DNA of 38,969 bases from Chitinophagaceae bacterium (GCA_044349815.1 JBIKQE010000001.1:1-38969), one strand, 5' to 3'; counted from the stretch's first letter, positions 7,502 to 17,349 are shown. The notes: generated by a model from the letters alone, not told the origin. Numbers and translations are program-made.

Positions 7502-9559
7502 ATGAAATATGTTGTTCGTGCCATATTGTTCTTGTTTGTTTTTTCAGTTAATACGGCTTGGGCACAAGTCAACAATTATTTTTTTTCGCAGTCCTTATCA
7601 ACGTATACCGTCATCAATGGTACACAAATCGATTCGCTCAACGAAGATGATGTGTTTCATAAGAATATTCCAATTGGCTTTTCATTCACCTATAATGGTA
7701 ATGTAACCGACAGGATAGGAATTTGTAGCAATGGGTTTATTGTAATGGATAGCTTAAACCACTCTGCCTTGTGGACGCCTACCAATGGGTCTATTAATCA
7801 AATTAATGTACTCATGGCCAATCTGAAAAATATCAATCCAACAGGTAGTATTCAATACGCCACGTTGGGTACTGCTCCCAATCGAGTATGTGTTGTTCAG
7901 TGGAAAGAGTATGGCATATCCGGACTAGCCCTTTGCCGATTGAATGCGCAAATTCGTTTGTACGAAGGAAGTAATTGTATTCAATTGTGTTATGGCACCA
8001 ATTTGTTGTCGGGTAATGCCGGTAAATCGTTCAATGTAGGGTTGGTAGGAAATAATTTCAACGATTATAGTTTACGAACCGGCAACGTTAATTGGGTAAA
8101 TAGCAATAAGTCTACTTCTTATCCGGGCCCCGGCTTGTTTTTGAATCCGCTGGTGGTATTACCAGCCGGCTTGGTGTATAGCTATGGTAATTGTCCGCCA
8201 GCCGGCATTCCGTATTATTACATTCGCGGTAGTGTTTATAAAGATGTCAATAACAATGGTGTGCGCGATGGTGGAGAACTCGGCATGCCCAACATAACCG
8301 TGTACGATAGTCTGCAAGCTGAATATACCAATACCGACAATAACGGCGATTATTCATTGCCCTTCCACGATTCCCTTCAAGTGTATCGCGTTAAAGTTCT
8401 TCCCCCCAATTATTATACTATATCGTCTACACCCGTTTCGTATAGTTTGTACCCCGATACACAATCGGTTGTTAATCGCAGCTTTGGTTTGTATGCACTG
8501 CCTTACAAATACGATATGCGCATTGCATCAACGTCCTTGAATGTGCCGGGAGCAGGTAAAATAGTCACCCTCTCAACAAGCTACCAGAATGTAGGAACAT
8601 CTTTGTTGACCGGCGATACAATTTTTCTTAAAAAAGATGCTCGTTATTCGTTGGTCAATGCCAACCCAACACCCGATTACATCAGTGGCGATACATTGGC
8701 TTGGGTTTACAGCAATTTGCAAGTAGACGAGTACCGCCATATTTTACTAACGCTTCTAACGAGCAATACGGTAAATGCGGTCGATACGTTACGCTCTGTT
8801 TGGACGGCCAAACCCATTGTAAACGACACGGTTCCTTCCAACAATCAATGCTACTTGAATCAACGCACCAATGTAATATCATCACCCAACGGTAAAAGTG
8901 TAGTGCCCGACGGATTAACGCTTCAGGGTACTGAATTGGTTTATACCATTCGTTTCCAAAATACAAACAGCGGATTTAGTCCCGAAAATGTGATTGTTCG
9001 CGATACGCTAAATGCCAACCTCGATTTTGCTAGTTTCCGATTGTTAGGAGCAACTCATCCATTAACGTATACCCTTTCGGGCAATGGAGCCTTGCAATTT
9101 ACTTTTGCAGGTATCAACTTGCCCGATAGCACGAGCAATGAACCAGCCAGTCATGGTGCCGTTTCATATACTATCAACCCGAAACCCGGCTTACCCGAAA
9201 ATACCACCATCCCCAATCGTGCTTTTATTGGTTTCGATTTTCAGTCCGCTGTTCAAACCAACACAACACAAAATATTATAGTGTCGGCATGGCCCAATAG
9301 CTTGCAATCGTTGGCAAGCGCAATTTCGGCAACCGTATATCCTAACCCAAGCACCAACCGTGTTTACATCCATGTACTCCAACCGCTTGGTGCAACTCGG
9401 TTTACGCTCTGCAATCAAACAGGTAGTGTTGTTCTCAACGAACAACATCTGCTAAACGAAACTACTTCCTTATCGCTGGCCCATTTGCCATCCGGTATTT
9501 ATTATTTAACCATGCAATGGGAACAAGGAAAACAAACCGTTCAACTGATTCGTAAATAA
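7502..9559 (+). CDS. Large secreted T9SS cargo protein (SdrD-B/DUF11-like repeats + Por C-terminal sorting domain)
   Basis: Signal peptide (ILFLFVFSVNTAWAQ), an SdrD B-like segment (GSVYKDVNNNGVRDGGELGMPNITV), and a C-terminus ATVYPNPSTNRVYI..SGIYYLTMQ..GKQTVQLIRK typical of a T9SS CTD. Confidence 0.75.
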   Translation: MKYVVRAILFLFVFSVNTAWAQVNNYFFSQSLSTYTVINGTQIDSLNEDDVFHKNIPIGFSFTYNGNVTDRIGICSNGFIVMDSLNHSALWTPTNGSINQINVLMANLKNINPTGSIQYATLGTAPNRVCVVQWKEYGISGLALCRLNAQIRLYEGSNCIQLCYGTNLLSGNAGKSFNVGLVGNNFNDYSLRTGNVNWVNSNKSTSYPGPGLFLNPLVVLPAGLVYSYGNCPPAGIPYYYIRGSVYKDVNNNGVRDGGELGMPNITVYDSLQAEYTNTDNNGDYSLPFHDSLQVYRVKVLPPNYYTISSTPVSYSLYPDTQSVVNRSFGLYALPYKYDMRIASTSLNVPGAGKIVTLSTSYQNVGTSLLTGDTIFLKKDARYSLVNANPTPDYISGDTLAWVYSNLQVDEYRHILLTLLTSNTVNAVDTLRSVWTAKPIVNDTVPSNNQCYLNQRTNVISSPNGKSVVPDGLTLQGTELVYTIRFQNTNSGFSPENVIVRDTLNANLDFASFRLLGATHPLTYTLSGNGALQFTFAGINLPDSTSNEPASHGAVSYTINPKPGLPENTTIPNRAFIGFDFQSAVQTNTTQNIIVSAWPNSLQSLASAISATVYPNPSTNRVYIHVLQPLGATRFTLCNQTGSVVLNEQHLLNETTSLSLAHLPSGIYYLTMQWEQGKQTVQLIRK

Positions 9560-9609
9560 TAGCCGGTAATAAATTTCCTCATTCTCTTCGCGAAGCCTAA
9601 TTTTACCCA

Positions 9610-10518
9610 ATGGCCATGCAGTACTCTTTCGATACGTACATTGCGCAATACCTTCAACGCGAAGGTCGTTGTGCTATTCCCCATTGGGGCGTATTGCGTC
9701 TTCAATGGCAATCGGCCCAGTGGCAAAACAATAAACTACGTGCACCACAACAAAACGTGCTGTGGGAACACAATGCTCAAACATCCAATTTGTTGTTGAG
9801 CCAAATTGCCACCGATACCCAAACTGCATTGCCGCTGGTTGAAAAAGCCTATGCCGCTTGGTTAAAGCAACTTGAAGATACCCTTCATGCCAATCAATCG
9901 TACAACCTGGCCGCACTAGGCACCTTCACAAAACAAAACGACAATTTTGTTTGGGAAACCAATGCCATTTTTCATTCCAATGCCGAAGTAACTTGGCCAA
10001 GCGGATTAAGCGTAGCCAAGCAAGAAAACGACCCCGTAACCCTTCCCGTTGACATAATGGCCGAGCCAAGTACATCGAATAACACCTTGCTTTATATCGC
10101 CTTGGGTTTGTTGATATTGGTATTGGCCGGCGGACTCTTTTGGTACAATCAAAACAAGCAATCGTTGCCTGAAACCACGATGCCTGAACCCACAACACCG
10201 CCAATGCCTGTGGTGGATACCGTCAAAACGGATACGACCCAAACAGATACGTTACAAGCAATATCCAAGGCGCCAGGTACAAGCAACGATTCGAACCACT
10301 TCGATGTGGTGGTGTATCGTTACAATGCCGAAGCAACGGCGCAAAAACAAGTCAATAAATTTACACGCAATGGCAACAACAGCAGGGTGGTGCGTAGCGC
10401 CGATAGCCAGTACTTAGTTGTTATTCGTGCCGTAACCACGCAAACCGATACCCTACGTGTTGTTGATTCCATCCGATGTTTCTTCAACCCGAAAGGGCGA
10501 TTATACATACTGAAGTAA
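9610..10518 (+). CDS. HU-CCDC81-like N-terminal domain / transmembrane / SPOR-like C-terminal domain protein
   Basis: N-terminus YIAQYLQREGRCAIPHWGVL (HU-CCDC81 pattern), a central TM helix LLYIALGLLILVLAGGLFWY, a Pro/Thr linker, and a C-terminal FDVVVYRYNAEATAQKQVNKF..YLVVIRA (SPOR-like). Confidence 0.5.
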   Translation: MAMQYSFDTYIAQYLQREGRCAIPHWGVLRLQWQSAQWQNNKLRAPQQNVLWEHNAQTSNLLLSQIATDTQTALPLVEKAYAAWLKQLEDTLHANQSYNLAALGTFTKQNDNFVWETNAIFHSNAEVTWPSGLSVAKQENDPVTLPVDIMAEPSTSNNTLLYIALGLLILVLAGGLFWYNQNKQSLPETTMPEPTTPPMPVVDTVKTDTTQTDTLQAISKAPGTSNDSNHFDVVVYRYNAEATAQKQVNKFTRNGNNSRVVRSADSQYLVVIRAVTTQTDTLRVVDSIRCFFNPKGRLYILK

Positions 10519-10536
10519 GCCACTAAACGAACTTCT

Positions 10537-12573
10537 ATGACCTACTACTCGTTCTCTCCTATGGGGAGACTCCTGCTATGCTGGATGGCAGGCATTATGG
10601 CAACCACTTGGGGCCATCCTGCTAACAACCTCGCTTTATGGGCTGGGGCTTTTTGCCTGTTGTTGACAGTTTTTATATTTGAAAACCGTCGGCCTGCTGA
10701 TCGCCAACCCCAATTCATGACCATCTTATTAATGCTGTTGCCTTTTTCGCTCAGCATTGTAAACACCCAACAAATGGATGAACGCCGATGGCACAACCAT
10801 TATACGCACGTGCCCGATTCGGTTTATAATGCCACGGTGCGTATTCTTCAGCCCGCCGAAGAGAAACCCAAAACCATCAAATTGTGTGTGGCCTTGGAAA
10901 CCTATCGGGTGGGCGATACGCCCAAAAACATCCGCGGAACCATGTGGTTGTACATCAATAAAACCAACTTGCCACAGGCTTTGTTTTGGCCCGGACAATC
11001 ACTCTATGTTCGTCTTAAACCCCAATCCATTTCAACTCCAAATTTGCCGGGGGCATTTAATTTTTCAGCTTATGCCGCTCGCCAACAAGTGTATGCTACG
11101 GCATTTTTAACATCGTCGGATTGGTGTTTTGTCAATAAAAAACCGAATGGCTTGGCCGCTCAACAAGTTAAAATAACGCATACGCTAAAAACAATCCTGG
11201 CCCAAGGCATTCCCGATTCGAATGCCTTGGGTATTGCTGAAGCCCTTTTATTCGGCTATCGGGGCGATATCGATAACAGTACGTGGGAGGCCTATGCACG
11301 AAGTGGTATTGTGCACGTAATTGCCATTTCGGGCATGCATTTAGGGTTAGTATACACATCCTTGGTGTTTCTGTTTTCGTGGTTACCCGGTAAACGCAGA
11401 ACGGCTGTAGTGCCCGCCATAATTTGCTTATGGATTTTTGCTTGGATTACGGGTATGCCTGCTTCCGTTATGCGTGCAGCCCTTATGTTTACCCTGCTAG
11501 GCCTTGGTCAATTGCTCGGCCAAAAAACCGATACCCTCAATACCCTTCTCGCTTCTGCCTTGTTGATTTTGATTGTTGACCCTATGCAATGCTACGATGT
11601 TGGGTTTCAATTATCGTATTGGGCCGTATTGAGTTTGCATTTTTTTTATACCCCCATCCGTCAAAAAATACAAGTGTTCTTTCCAACGCGTTGGGCGCCT
11701 GTAGCACAATTAATAGCCGCTACCTTATCGGCACAAGTACTCACCACGCCATGGATGTTATTTTTATTTCATCAGGTGCCACTATGGGTTTTGCTTACTA
11801 ATCTTATGGCAGTGCCATGGTCCACGCTTTTAATTTATGCCGAGTTGTTATGGGTGTTCTTATGGCCTTGGCACGAACATGTTCAGTTTTTGGGAACAGC
11901 TATCACCCACGCCATTGTAGCCTTGAACAAGATAGCCCAATGGGTTGGCAGTCGCTCCGATGCCGTTTGGCAAACCAGTGCATGGTCGGTAGCCGAAATA
12001 CTGTTTTTATATGCTAGCATAGCTGCCATGTATGTGTGGCACTTAGCCCGCAAACCCCGCTATGCCTTGTGGGTATTATGGACCATGGCCGGCTTAAGTG
12101 CTACCATGGCTTACGAAGAAGTTAAGGCCTCTTCGGAAGAAGCATGCATTGTATATTATCAAAAACCACAAGTGGCTATGCAGGTATATGCAAACCAACA
12201 ACAAGTGTTGCTGGCACCCACCATGCCAAGGGCATTTTGGGCTTATCAATGGCAACCCCTCATGGCTAGCTTACACCTCGATTCGAACAAACAATTACCC
12301 CATCGTACATACACAAACAACGGAATTAAGGCCTTGATGGCCAATCGTAAACTGTTGGTATATTTAGAGAAACCTTATGTTGTACGCCGTCCCATCAAGG
12401 TGGAAGTATTGGTTTTGGGCAAGTATTGTACACCCGGACCGTGGTTGAGTAGTTGGCAGGCCAAAGTGGCCATTTGTTGTTCGTATAAATCGGCCACGGC
12501 CTATACGCAGCATATCGATTCCCTTATTTATTTGAAGCAATCGGGCGCTTGGCGGGGTTTTACAAGTCCTTAA
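10537..12573 (+). CDS. comEC: ComEC/Rec2-family DNA internalisation channel protein
   Basis: Polytopic membrane protein with the competence-domain motif SGIVHVIAISGMHLG. No HxHxDH metallo-beta-lactamase domain is visible. Confidence 0.75.
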   Translation: MTYYSFSPMGRLLLCWMAGIMATTWGHPANNLALWAGAFCLLLTVFIFENRRPADRQPQFMTILLMLLPFSLSIVNTQQMDERRWHNHYTHVPDSVYNATVRILQPAEEKPKTIKLCVALETYRVGDTPKNIRGTMWLYINKTNLPQALFWPGQSLYVRLKPQSISTPNLPGAFNFSAYAARQQVYATAFLTSSDWCFVNKKPNGLAAQQVKITHTLKTILAQGIPDSNALGIAEALLFGYRGDIDNSTWEAYARSGIVHVIAISGMHLGLVYTSLVFLFSWLPGKRRTAVVPAIICLWIFAWITGMPASVMRAALMFTLLGLGQLLGQKTDTLNTLLASALLILIVDPMQCYDVGFQLSYWAVLSLHFFYTPIRQKIQVFFPTRWAPVAQLIAATLSAQVLTTPWMLFLFHQVPLWVLLTNLMAVPWSTLLIYAELLWVFLWPWHEHVQFLGTAITHAIVALNKIAQWVGSRSDAVWQTSAWSVAEILFLYASIAAMYVWHLARKPRYALWVLWTMAGLSATMAYEEVKASSEEACIVYYQKPQVAMQVYANQQQVLLAPTMPRAFWAYQWQPLMASLHLDSNKQLPHRTYTNNGIKALMANRKLLVYLEKPYVVRRPIKVEVLVLGKYCTPGPWLSSWQAKVAICCSYKSATAYTQHIDSLIYLKQSGAWRGFTSP

Positions 12574-12632
12574 GGAGGCAAACTTTTTTACCCCCTCATA
12601 TCGGTCTATCTTTGCCCCGCTCAACCACGTTT

Positions 12633-14120
12633 ATGAACAAGAAAATTCAATCGGCCCTGATTTCGGTTTTTTATAAAGACGGATTAGATACGCTCGCACA
12701 AACCTTACACAAGCTCGGTGTTACTATTTATTCCACCGGGGGCACCCAACAATTCATCGAACAATTGGGTATTCCTTGCGTGGGTGTTGAAACAGTAACC
12801 GGTTATCCTTCTATTTTAGGTGGCCGTGTAAAAACCTTGCACCCTAAAATGTTTGGAGGCATTCTTGGTCGCCGGGCAAACGAACAAGATGTACAGGAAA
12901 TGGCGCAATACGATATTCCGGTACTCGATTTAGTGATTGTTGATTTGTATCCGTTCGAAGAAACCGTTGCGAATACGACCGACGAAAAACTCATCATTGA
13001 AAAAATAGATATCGGTGGTCCGTCTATGATTCGTGCTGCCGCTAAAAATTTTAGCGATGTGGTGGTACTCGCTTCCAAAAGCGATTATGCGGTATTGAAT
13101 CACATGCTTGTAACACAGCATGGCGAAACCACGGCAGAACAACGTAGGGCCTTTGCCGCCAAAGCCTTCGAGGTTGTGAAGCATTACGATATGGCCATTG
13201 CCGATTATTTCAATGCCGATACCACGGTGTTGCGTTACGGCGAAAACCCACACCAGCAAGCCCGATTCATTGGTAAGCTGAACGAATGGTTCACGCAATT
13301 AAACGGCAAAGAATTATCGTACAATAATTTAGTAGATGTTGATGCCGCCATGCAACTCATGCACGATTGCACCAACCATACCAACGCGGTATTTGCTATC
13401 ATCAAACACACCAATGTATGTGGTATCGCTGAACGAATTGGTGTTCATACGGCCTGGGAAGCGGCCTTGGCGGGCGATCCTGAAAGTGCCTTTGGCGGGG
13501 TGTTGGCCTGTAATCAACCCATCGATCGCTCAACCGCCGAAGCCATCAACGACATCTTTTTTGAAGTGTTGCTGGCACCCGCATTCAGTGCCGATGCCCT
13601 TGAATTATTAAAACAAAAAAAGAACCGCATTTTACTGGAAACAAAAACCATTGATTTACCAACGCAACAAGAAAAGTCGTTGTTGAATGGCCGTGTTATT
13701 CAAGATAACGACCACGGCACAGAAGCTACTTGGAACGAAGTGGGTGGCCGCGAAACCACCGATGCCGAAGCCGACGATTTGCGTTTTGCCAATATGGTGG
13801 CCAAACATTTAAAATCGAATGCCATTGCCTTGGTGAAACACAAGCAATTGATTGGTAAAGGCTGCGGACAAACATCGCGGATTGATGCTTTGCGTCAGTC
13901 GCTCGACAAAGCCCGACAGTTCGATTTTGACTTGGATGGTGCCGTGATGGCCTCCGATGCCTTCTTCCCCTTCGACGATTGTGTGCGTATGGGCCACGAA
14001 GCCGGCATCACTGCCTTTATTCAACCCGGTGGCAGTATTCGCGATAAAGACTCCATTCAATATTGTCAAGAACAAGGTCTCGCCATGGTAATTACCGGCA
14101 CCCGCCATTTTAAGCATTAA
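12633..14120 (+). CDS. purH: Bifunctional IMP cyclohydrolase / AICAR formyltransferase
   Basis: MNKKIQSALISVFYKDGL..STGGT..GGRVKTLHP..DLVIVDLYPFE..IDIGGPSMIRAAAKN..YGENPHQ. The ATG at 12633 is preferred to the track start at 12549, which overlaps comEC and adds 28 non-conserved residues. Confidence 0.9.
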   Translation: MNKKIQSALISVFYKDGLDTLAQTLHKLGVTIYSTGGTQQFIEQLGIPCVGVETVTGYPSILGGRVKTLHPKMFGGILGRRANEQDVQEMAQYDIPVLDLVIVDLYPFEETVANTTDEKLIIEKIDIGGPSMIRAAAKNFSDVVVLASKSDYAVLNHMLVTQHGETTAEQRRAFAAKAFEVVKHYDMAIADYFNADTTVLRYGENPHQQARFIGKLNEWFTQLNGKELSYNNLVDVDAAMQLMHDCTNHTNAVFAIIKHTNVCGIAERIGVHTAWEAALAGDPESAFGGVLACNQPIDRSTAEAINDIFFEVLLAPAFSADALELLKQKKNRILLETKTIDLPTQQEKSLLNGRVIQDNDHGTEATWNEVGGRETTDAEADDLRFANMVAKHLKSNAIALVKHKQLIGKGCGQTSRIDALRQSLDKARQFDFDLDGAVMASDAFFPFDDCVRMGHEAGITAFIQPGGSIRDKDSIQYCQEQGLAMVITGTRHFKH

Positions 14121-14200
14121 TTAAAAGTGCGTTAAAAAATGCCGAGCTCCCATACGTGATACGAAATCGTGTATATTTGATATTCTAAATTCTGTTTAAT

Positions 14201-14692
14201 ATGAAAAAAATACTGTTTGCTTTTTTGGGATTGATGTTGTCGTTCCAATTATCGGCCCAACAACAAGACTTGCCAAAAACAACCGTTCGCGATATCAACG
14301 GTAAACCCATAGCCTTCAACGAAACATTCGAAGCGGGTAAAGTAACACTCGTGAGCTTTTGGGCCACTTGGTGTATTCCATGCAAGCAAGAAATAAAAAA
14401 TATTAAAACCAAATTGGAAGGTTGGAAGAAAGAAGCCGACTTCAATTACATGACCATCTCCATCGACGATTCGCGCGCTACTGCGATGGTAAAAACGTAT
14501 GCTAAATCGCAAGGTTGGACCTTCCCGACGTTCCTCGATCCGAACAGTGATTTAAAACGTTCCCTCAATTTTCAGAACGTACCCTATACCATGATTGTAG
14601 ATAAGAATGGTAAAATTGTTTTCCAACATACCGGTTACGAAGAAGGCAGCGAAAACATGCTCTTCGAAAAAATTAAAGAGCTGAGTAAATAA
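14201..14692 (+). CDS. TlpA/ResA-like periplasmic thiol-disulfide oxidoreductase
   Basis: Signal peptide followed by VTLVSFWATWCIPCKQE (WCxxC thioredoxin fold) and NVPYTMIVDKNGKIV. Confidence 0.8.
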   Translation: MKKILFAFLGLMLSFQLSAQQQDLPKTTVRDINGKPIAFNETFEAGKVTLVSFWATWCIPCKQEIKNIKTKLEGWKKEADFNYMTISIDDSRATAMVKTYAKSQGWTFPTFLDPNSDLKRSLNFQNVPYTMIVDKNGKIVFQHTGYEEGSENMLFEKIKELSK

Positions 14693-14712
14693 AAAAGCCA
14701 CAACAAAACACT

Positions 14713-14744
14713 AAAAGCCGCCTTGAAAAGGGCGGTTTTTTTTT
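14713..14744 (+). terminator. Rho-independent terminator
   Basis: aaaagccgcc-ttgaaaag-ggcggttttttttt, a GC stem followed by a 9-T run, 20 nt after the stop codon. Confidence 0.7.
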
Positions 14745-14749
14745 GAAGC

Positions 14750-14905
14750 TCGGCGATATCTCTTTATTCAACACCCGTCTTGCTGTCCGCTCCAAAGCCC
14801 TCACCCACTCCGCTTCGCTACATGGCCTCGGTGTTTTCCGCTACCATCAAGGCTAGTTTTCATCGTTTGGAAGGGGGCTTCAGCGGGGGAACAGCCAGGG
14901 GTTGA
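14750..14905. repeat. GC-rich mosaic repeat, copy 2 (left flank of the AT-rich island)
   Basis: Contains periodic TCCGCT words (gtccgctcc, ctccgcttcgctac, ttccgctaccatc) and ctcacccactcc. Related words occur in the copies at 18.7 and 38.9 kb. Confidence 0.5.
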
Positions 14906-15028
14906 GTAGTTTTATAGAACTAACTACAAATATGTTTTAATGGAAATGAGAGAGGGACATATTGATGTTATTGGGGGAGATATTTGGGGGATGGGTATCG
15001 CTTTGAAAGTGAATGGGTGTAATTTTGT

Positions 15029-15121
15029 TTAACGCTTAACGATATTTTTTAACTCTATTGCGCACTTAACGGTGATATGTTAAGGGGGAGTAGTTAAAGG
15101 TATAAGTGATTTGACGTTAAG
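15029..15121 (+). promoter_or_regulatory. Cluster of TTAAC(G) words upstream of the island's first gene, including the palindrome CTTAAC-N8-GTTAAG
   Basis: cttaacg at 15035-15041 and 15065-15071; the inverted copy cgttaag at 15115-15121; gttaag at 15079-15084, forming an inverted pair with 15065-15070. Confidence 0.3.
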
Positions 15122-15142
15122 CTCAAGAATATTAAATGGTTT

Positions 15143-16138
15143 ATGAAATACAGTTACTCAAAAACTATACAGGAACTTAAGGATCACGCATTAATACCTG
15201 TTGGTGATATTTACGAATTTGAATCCGCGAGAATTGCTCCGATTTACGAAAGATATTATCAGTTTTGCCAAGAAAATCTAGAAGAGAAATCAAATGAATA
15301 CAATATTCAACCATCAAGATTTTATTTTAGAAATAAATTCGGTATAAATGCTCAGGCAGGATATCAGAATGGTATTTATATTGTCGGAGTAAATATGTCT
15401 ACTATAGATTCTTTGTATTCACTCTTGCATGAAAGAAACGACATTTTTGAAGTAGATAAATGTTTATCGGAGTTATACGGCTCGTTAATTTCAGAATTTG
15501 ATGTTCCTGTTGGTCATTTGATGTTCCAACTATCGACATTGTTTATTTTCTATCATGAGAAGGCTCATTTAGGCCAATTTTCTGGAGAATCACATGAATG
15601 GTTAACTGAGGTTTTGAAAACGGAATATTCTGCCGAACGCCATGCATTAGAATTAGATGCTGATATTGATGCCGCACACTTCATCTGTTTTCATCTTTTG
15701 GAATATTTCAAAAAATTATCTCCACAAGAAAGAACTTCAGAGAATTTGGAAAAAACACTTTCAATTGGAATAGCTAGTATATTTTCTTATTTTTTAATAT
15801 ATTTTGAAAGAAGTGGTGATATATACTTTAATGAACATTCTCATCCTCATACTTTAGTAAGAATAAGTTATATACTTGACTGTATGATAAGAGTAGCTGA
15901 ACATAATCTTCCTGATGATATAACCATTAATTCAGTAAAAGTCCTCAATGAAAGTTTCAAAATTACCGATCAATATTACAAAAGGGTTAATGACTCTGAT
16001 TTGGTTAAAGATTTTATTAATCAGTTCAAAATTGAAGCCAACAAAATAACTGACTATGTAAATACACTCTTGGAATTTTCTAAGAGAATGCCGAATTTGA
16101 TCAAGAATAGATTCAGCCTGCCGCCAATAAAAGGCTAA
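15143..16138 (+). CDS. Island ORF A: 331-aa HExxH protein, a putative zinc metallopeptidase with ImmA/IrrE-like motif spacing
   Basis: HEKAH at residues 138-142 (nt 15554-15568), followed about 25 residues later by ERHALELDADIDAAHF. This resembles the HExxH...E..A(N/D)..A arrangement of ImmA/IrrE peptidases. No signal peptide or TM helix. Very AT-rich codon usage. Confidence 0.5.
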   Translation: MKYSYSKTIQELKDHALIPVGDIYEFESARIAPIYERYYQFCQENLEEKSNEYNIQPSRFYFRNKFGINAQAGYQNGIYIVGVNMSTIDSLYSLLHERNDIFEVDKCLSELYGSLISEFDVPVGHLMFQLSTLFIFYHEKAHLGQFSGESHEWLTEVLKTEYSAERHALELDADIDAAHFICFHLLEYFKKLSPQERTSENLEKTLSIGIASIFSYFLIYFERSGDIYFNEHSHPHTLVRISYILDCMIRVAEHNLPDDITINSVKVLNESFKITDQYYKRVNDSDLVKDFINQFKIEANKITDYVNTLLEFSKRMPNLIKNRFSLPPIKG

Positions 16139-16296
16139 TACGCAAGCGCGGCTGGATGTATTGGCTGATTTTTTTTCATTATTTAGTTTTGGGAATTAAG
16201 TTAAACTGATTATCTTTATTTTCATACCTGCGTTTGCCTGCAACTTTTATGCACAACAACTATATATATGCTAAATAAATTTAAATAACAAAAACA

Positions 16297-17169
16297 ATGC
16301 AAACTTTCTTGCCAATTAATAAATGCATTTATTGTGGTGAAACCAATAATTTAACTGATGAACATATTGTACCATTTAGTCTAAATGGCACATGGATACT
16401 TCCAAAATCTAGTTGTTTAGATTGCGCAAAAATCACTTCAGCATTTGAAGGAAGAGTTGCAAAAATGTTTGCTTCATTTAGACAATCTTCAAATTTGAAA
16501 ACAAGAAGGCCAAAAAAAAAGAAACAAACCATTTCATTAAGAGATGATAGATGTAATATTATAGAAATGCCAAATGAAGGAATGTGGGACATTATTCCAA
16601 CTTTTAAATTTAGTTTACCAGGTATATATAACAAAGATTGGAACTTATCAAAAAAATGGGAGGAAACAACTCTTGGCATTATGACTAATCATCCAAATGA
16701 AACAAAGTTGTCGCATTGGAAGAAATTTAGTACCAATACTTTTATCTATGAATCCTCATCATTTGATATTAACAGTTATGCTCTTATGCTAGCCAAAATT
16801 GGCCATTGTATTGCTGTTGGACATTATGGGTTTGACAATTTTGATCACTTTTTAACTCCTTTTATTTTAGGAAATGATAAAGTAAACTTCAGTTTAACAC
16901 TTGATTCCCCTAACCTAAATACCAAACCAAATAGTTTAATTTCAATAAATTTATCATATTTCGTAGGAAGCTTTAATGAAATATTACCTCCTAAATTATT
17001 CGATCACGAATACGGATTTGAGCTACAAAAAAGTGATATCCCTAATGTGCAATATTTGATATATTCTCGTGTTAGACTTTTTCCATTTGCTGGAGGACCT
17101 ACGGCATGTGTTGTTGTTGGAAAAGCAAATCAACAACAATATTTAAAGTGTCTTAATCATCAGAAATAA
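16297..17169 (+). CDS. Island ORF B: 290-aa protein with an N-terminal HNH/beta-beta-alpha-Me zinc-finger nuclease-like motif and an unrecognised C-terminal domain
   Basis: C10-x2-C13 ... D-E-H23-I-V-P ... C40-x2-C43 (KCIYCGETNNLTDEHIVPFSLNGTWILPKSSCLDCAK), then the basic patch KTRRPKKKKQ. I do not recognise the remaining ~200 residues. Confidence 0.5.
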   Translation: MQTFLPINKCIYCGETNNLTDEHIVPFSLNGTWILPKSSCLDCAKITSAFEGRVAKMFASFRQSSNLKTRRPKKKKQTISLRDDRCNIIEMPNEGMWDIIPTFKFSLPGIYNKDWNLSKKWEETTLGIMTNHPNETKLSHWKKFSTNTFIYESSSFDINSYALMLAKIGHCIAVGHYGFDNFDHFLTPFILGNDKVNFSLTLDSPNLNTKPNSLISINLSYFVGSFNEILPPKLFDHEYGFELQKSDIPNVQYLIYSRVRLFPFAGGPTACVVVGKANQQQYLKCLNHQK

Positions 17170-17349
17170 ACTAGCCTGCTTTATACGTAACATCCGGTTT
17201 TCGCCAATTGGCTAATGTGATTCCAAATGGTGTTGAAGCTGTTCAGTTGTTAACAGTTTGTCAATAAATTGCTTTGATTATTTCTCTGAAATGAAAATTC
17301 GTAATAAAATAATTGATTTTTAAATAAGTCTAGATTTTGATAAAAACCT

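Noticed and set aside
12549-12632. The track start for purH at 12549, and similarly 24551 for the small OMP, 32534 for P1 and 28663 for the DUF62 gene.
   Set aside because: These upstream extensions overlap the preceding genes or add non-conserved residues ahead of obvious N-termini or signal peptides. Internal ATG starts are preferred.
14908-14925. A possible target-site duplication: tttatagaa at 14911-14919 against tctatagat at 18668-18676, near the island borders.
   Set aside because: Only about 8 of 9 nt match, in extremely AT-rich DNA, so this is not distinguishable from chance without comparison to an empty site.
14940-15032. A 30-codon ORF (MEMREGHIDVIGGDIWGMGIALKVNGCNFV) at the left end of the island.
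   Set aside because: It has no recognisable features or start context and is most likely non-coding leader or promoter DNA. It could be revisited if the frame proves conserved in homologous islands.
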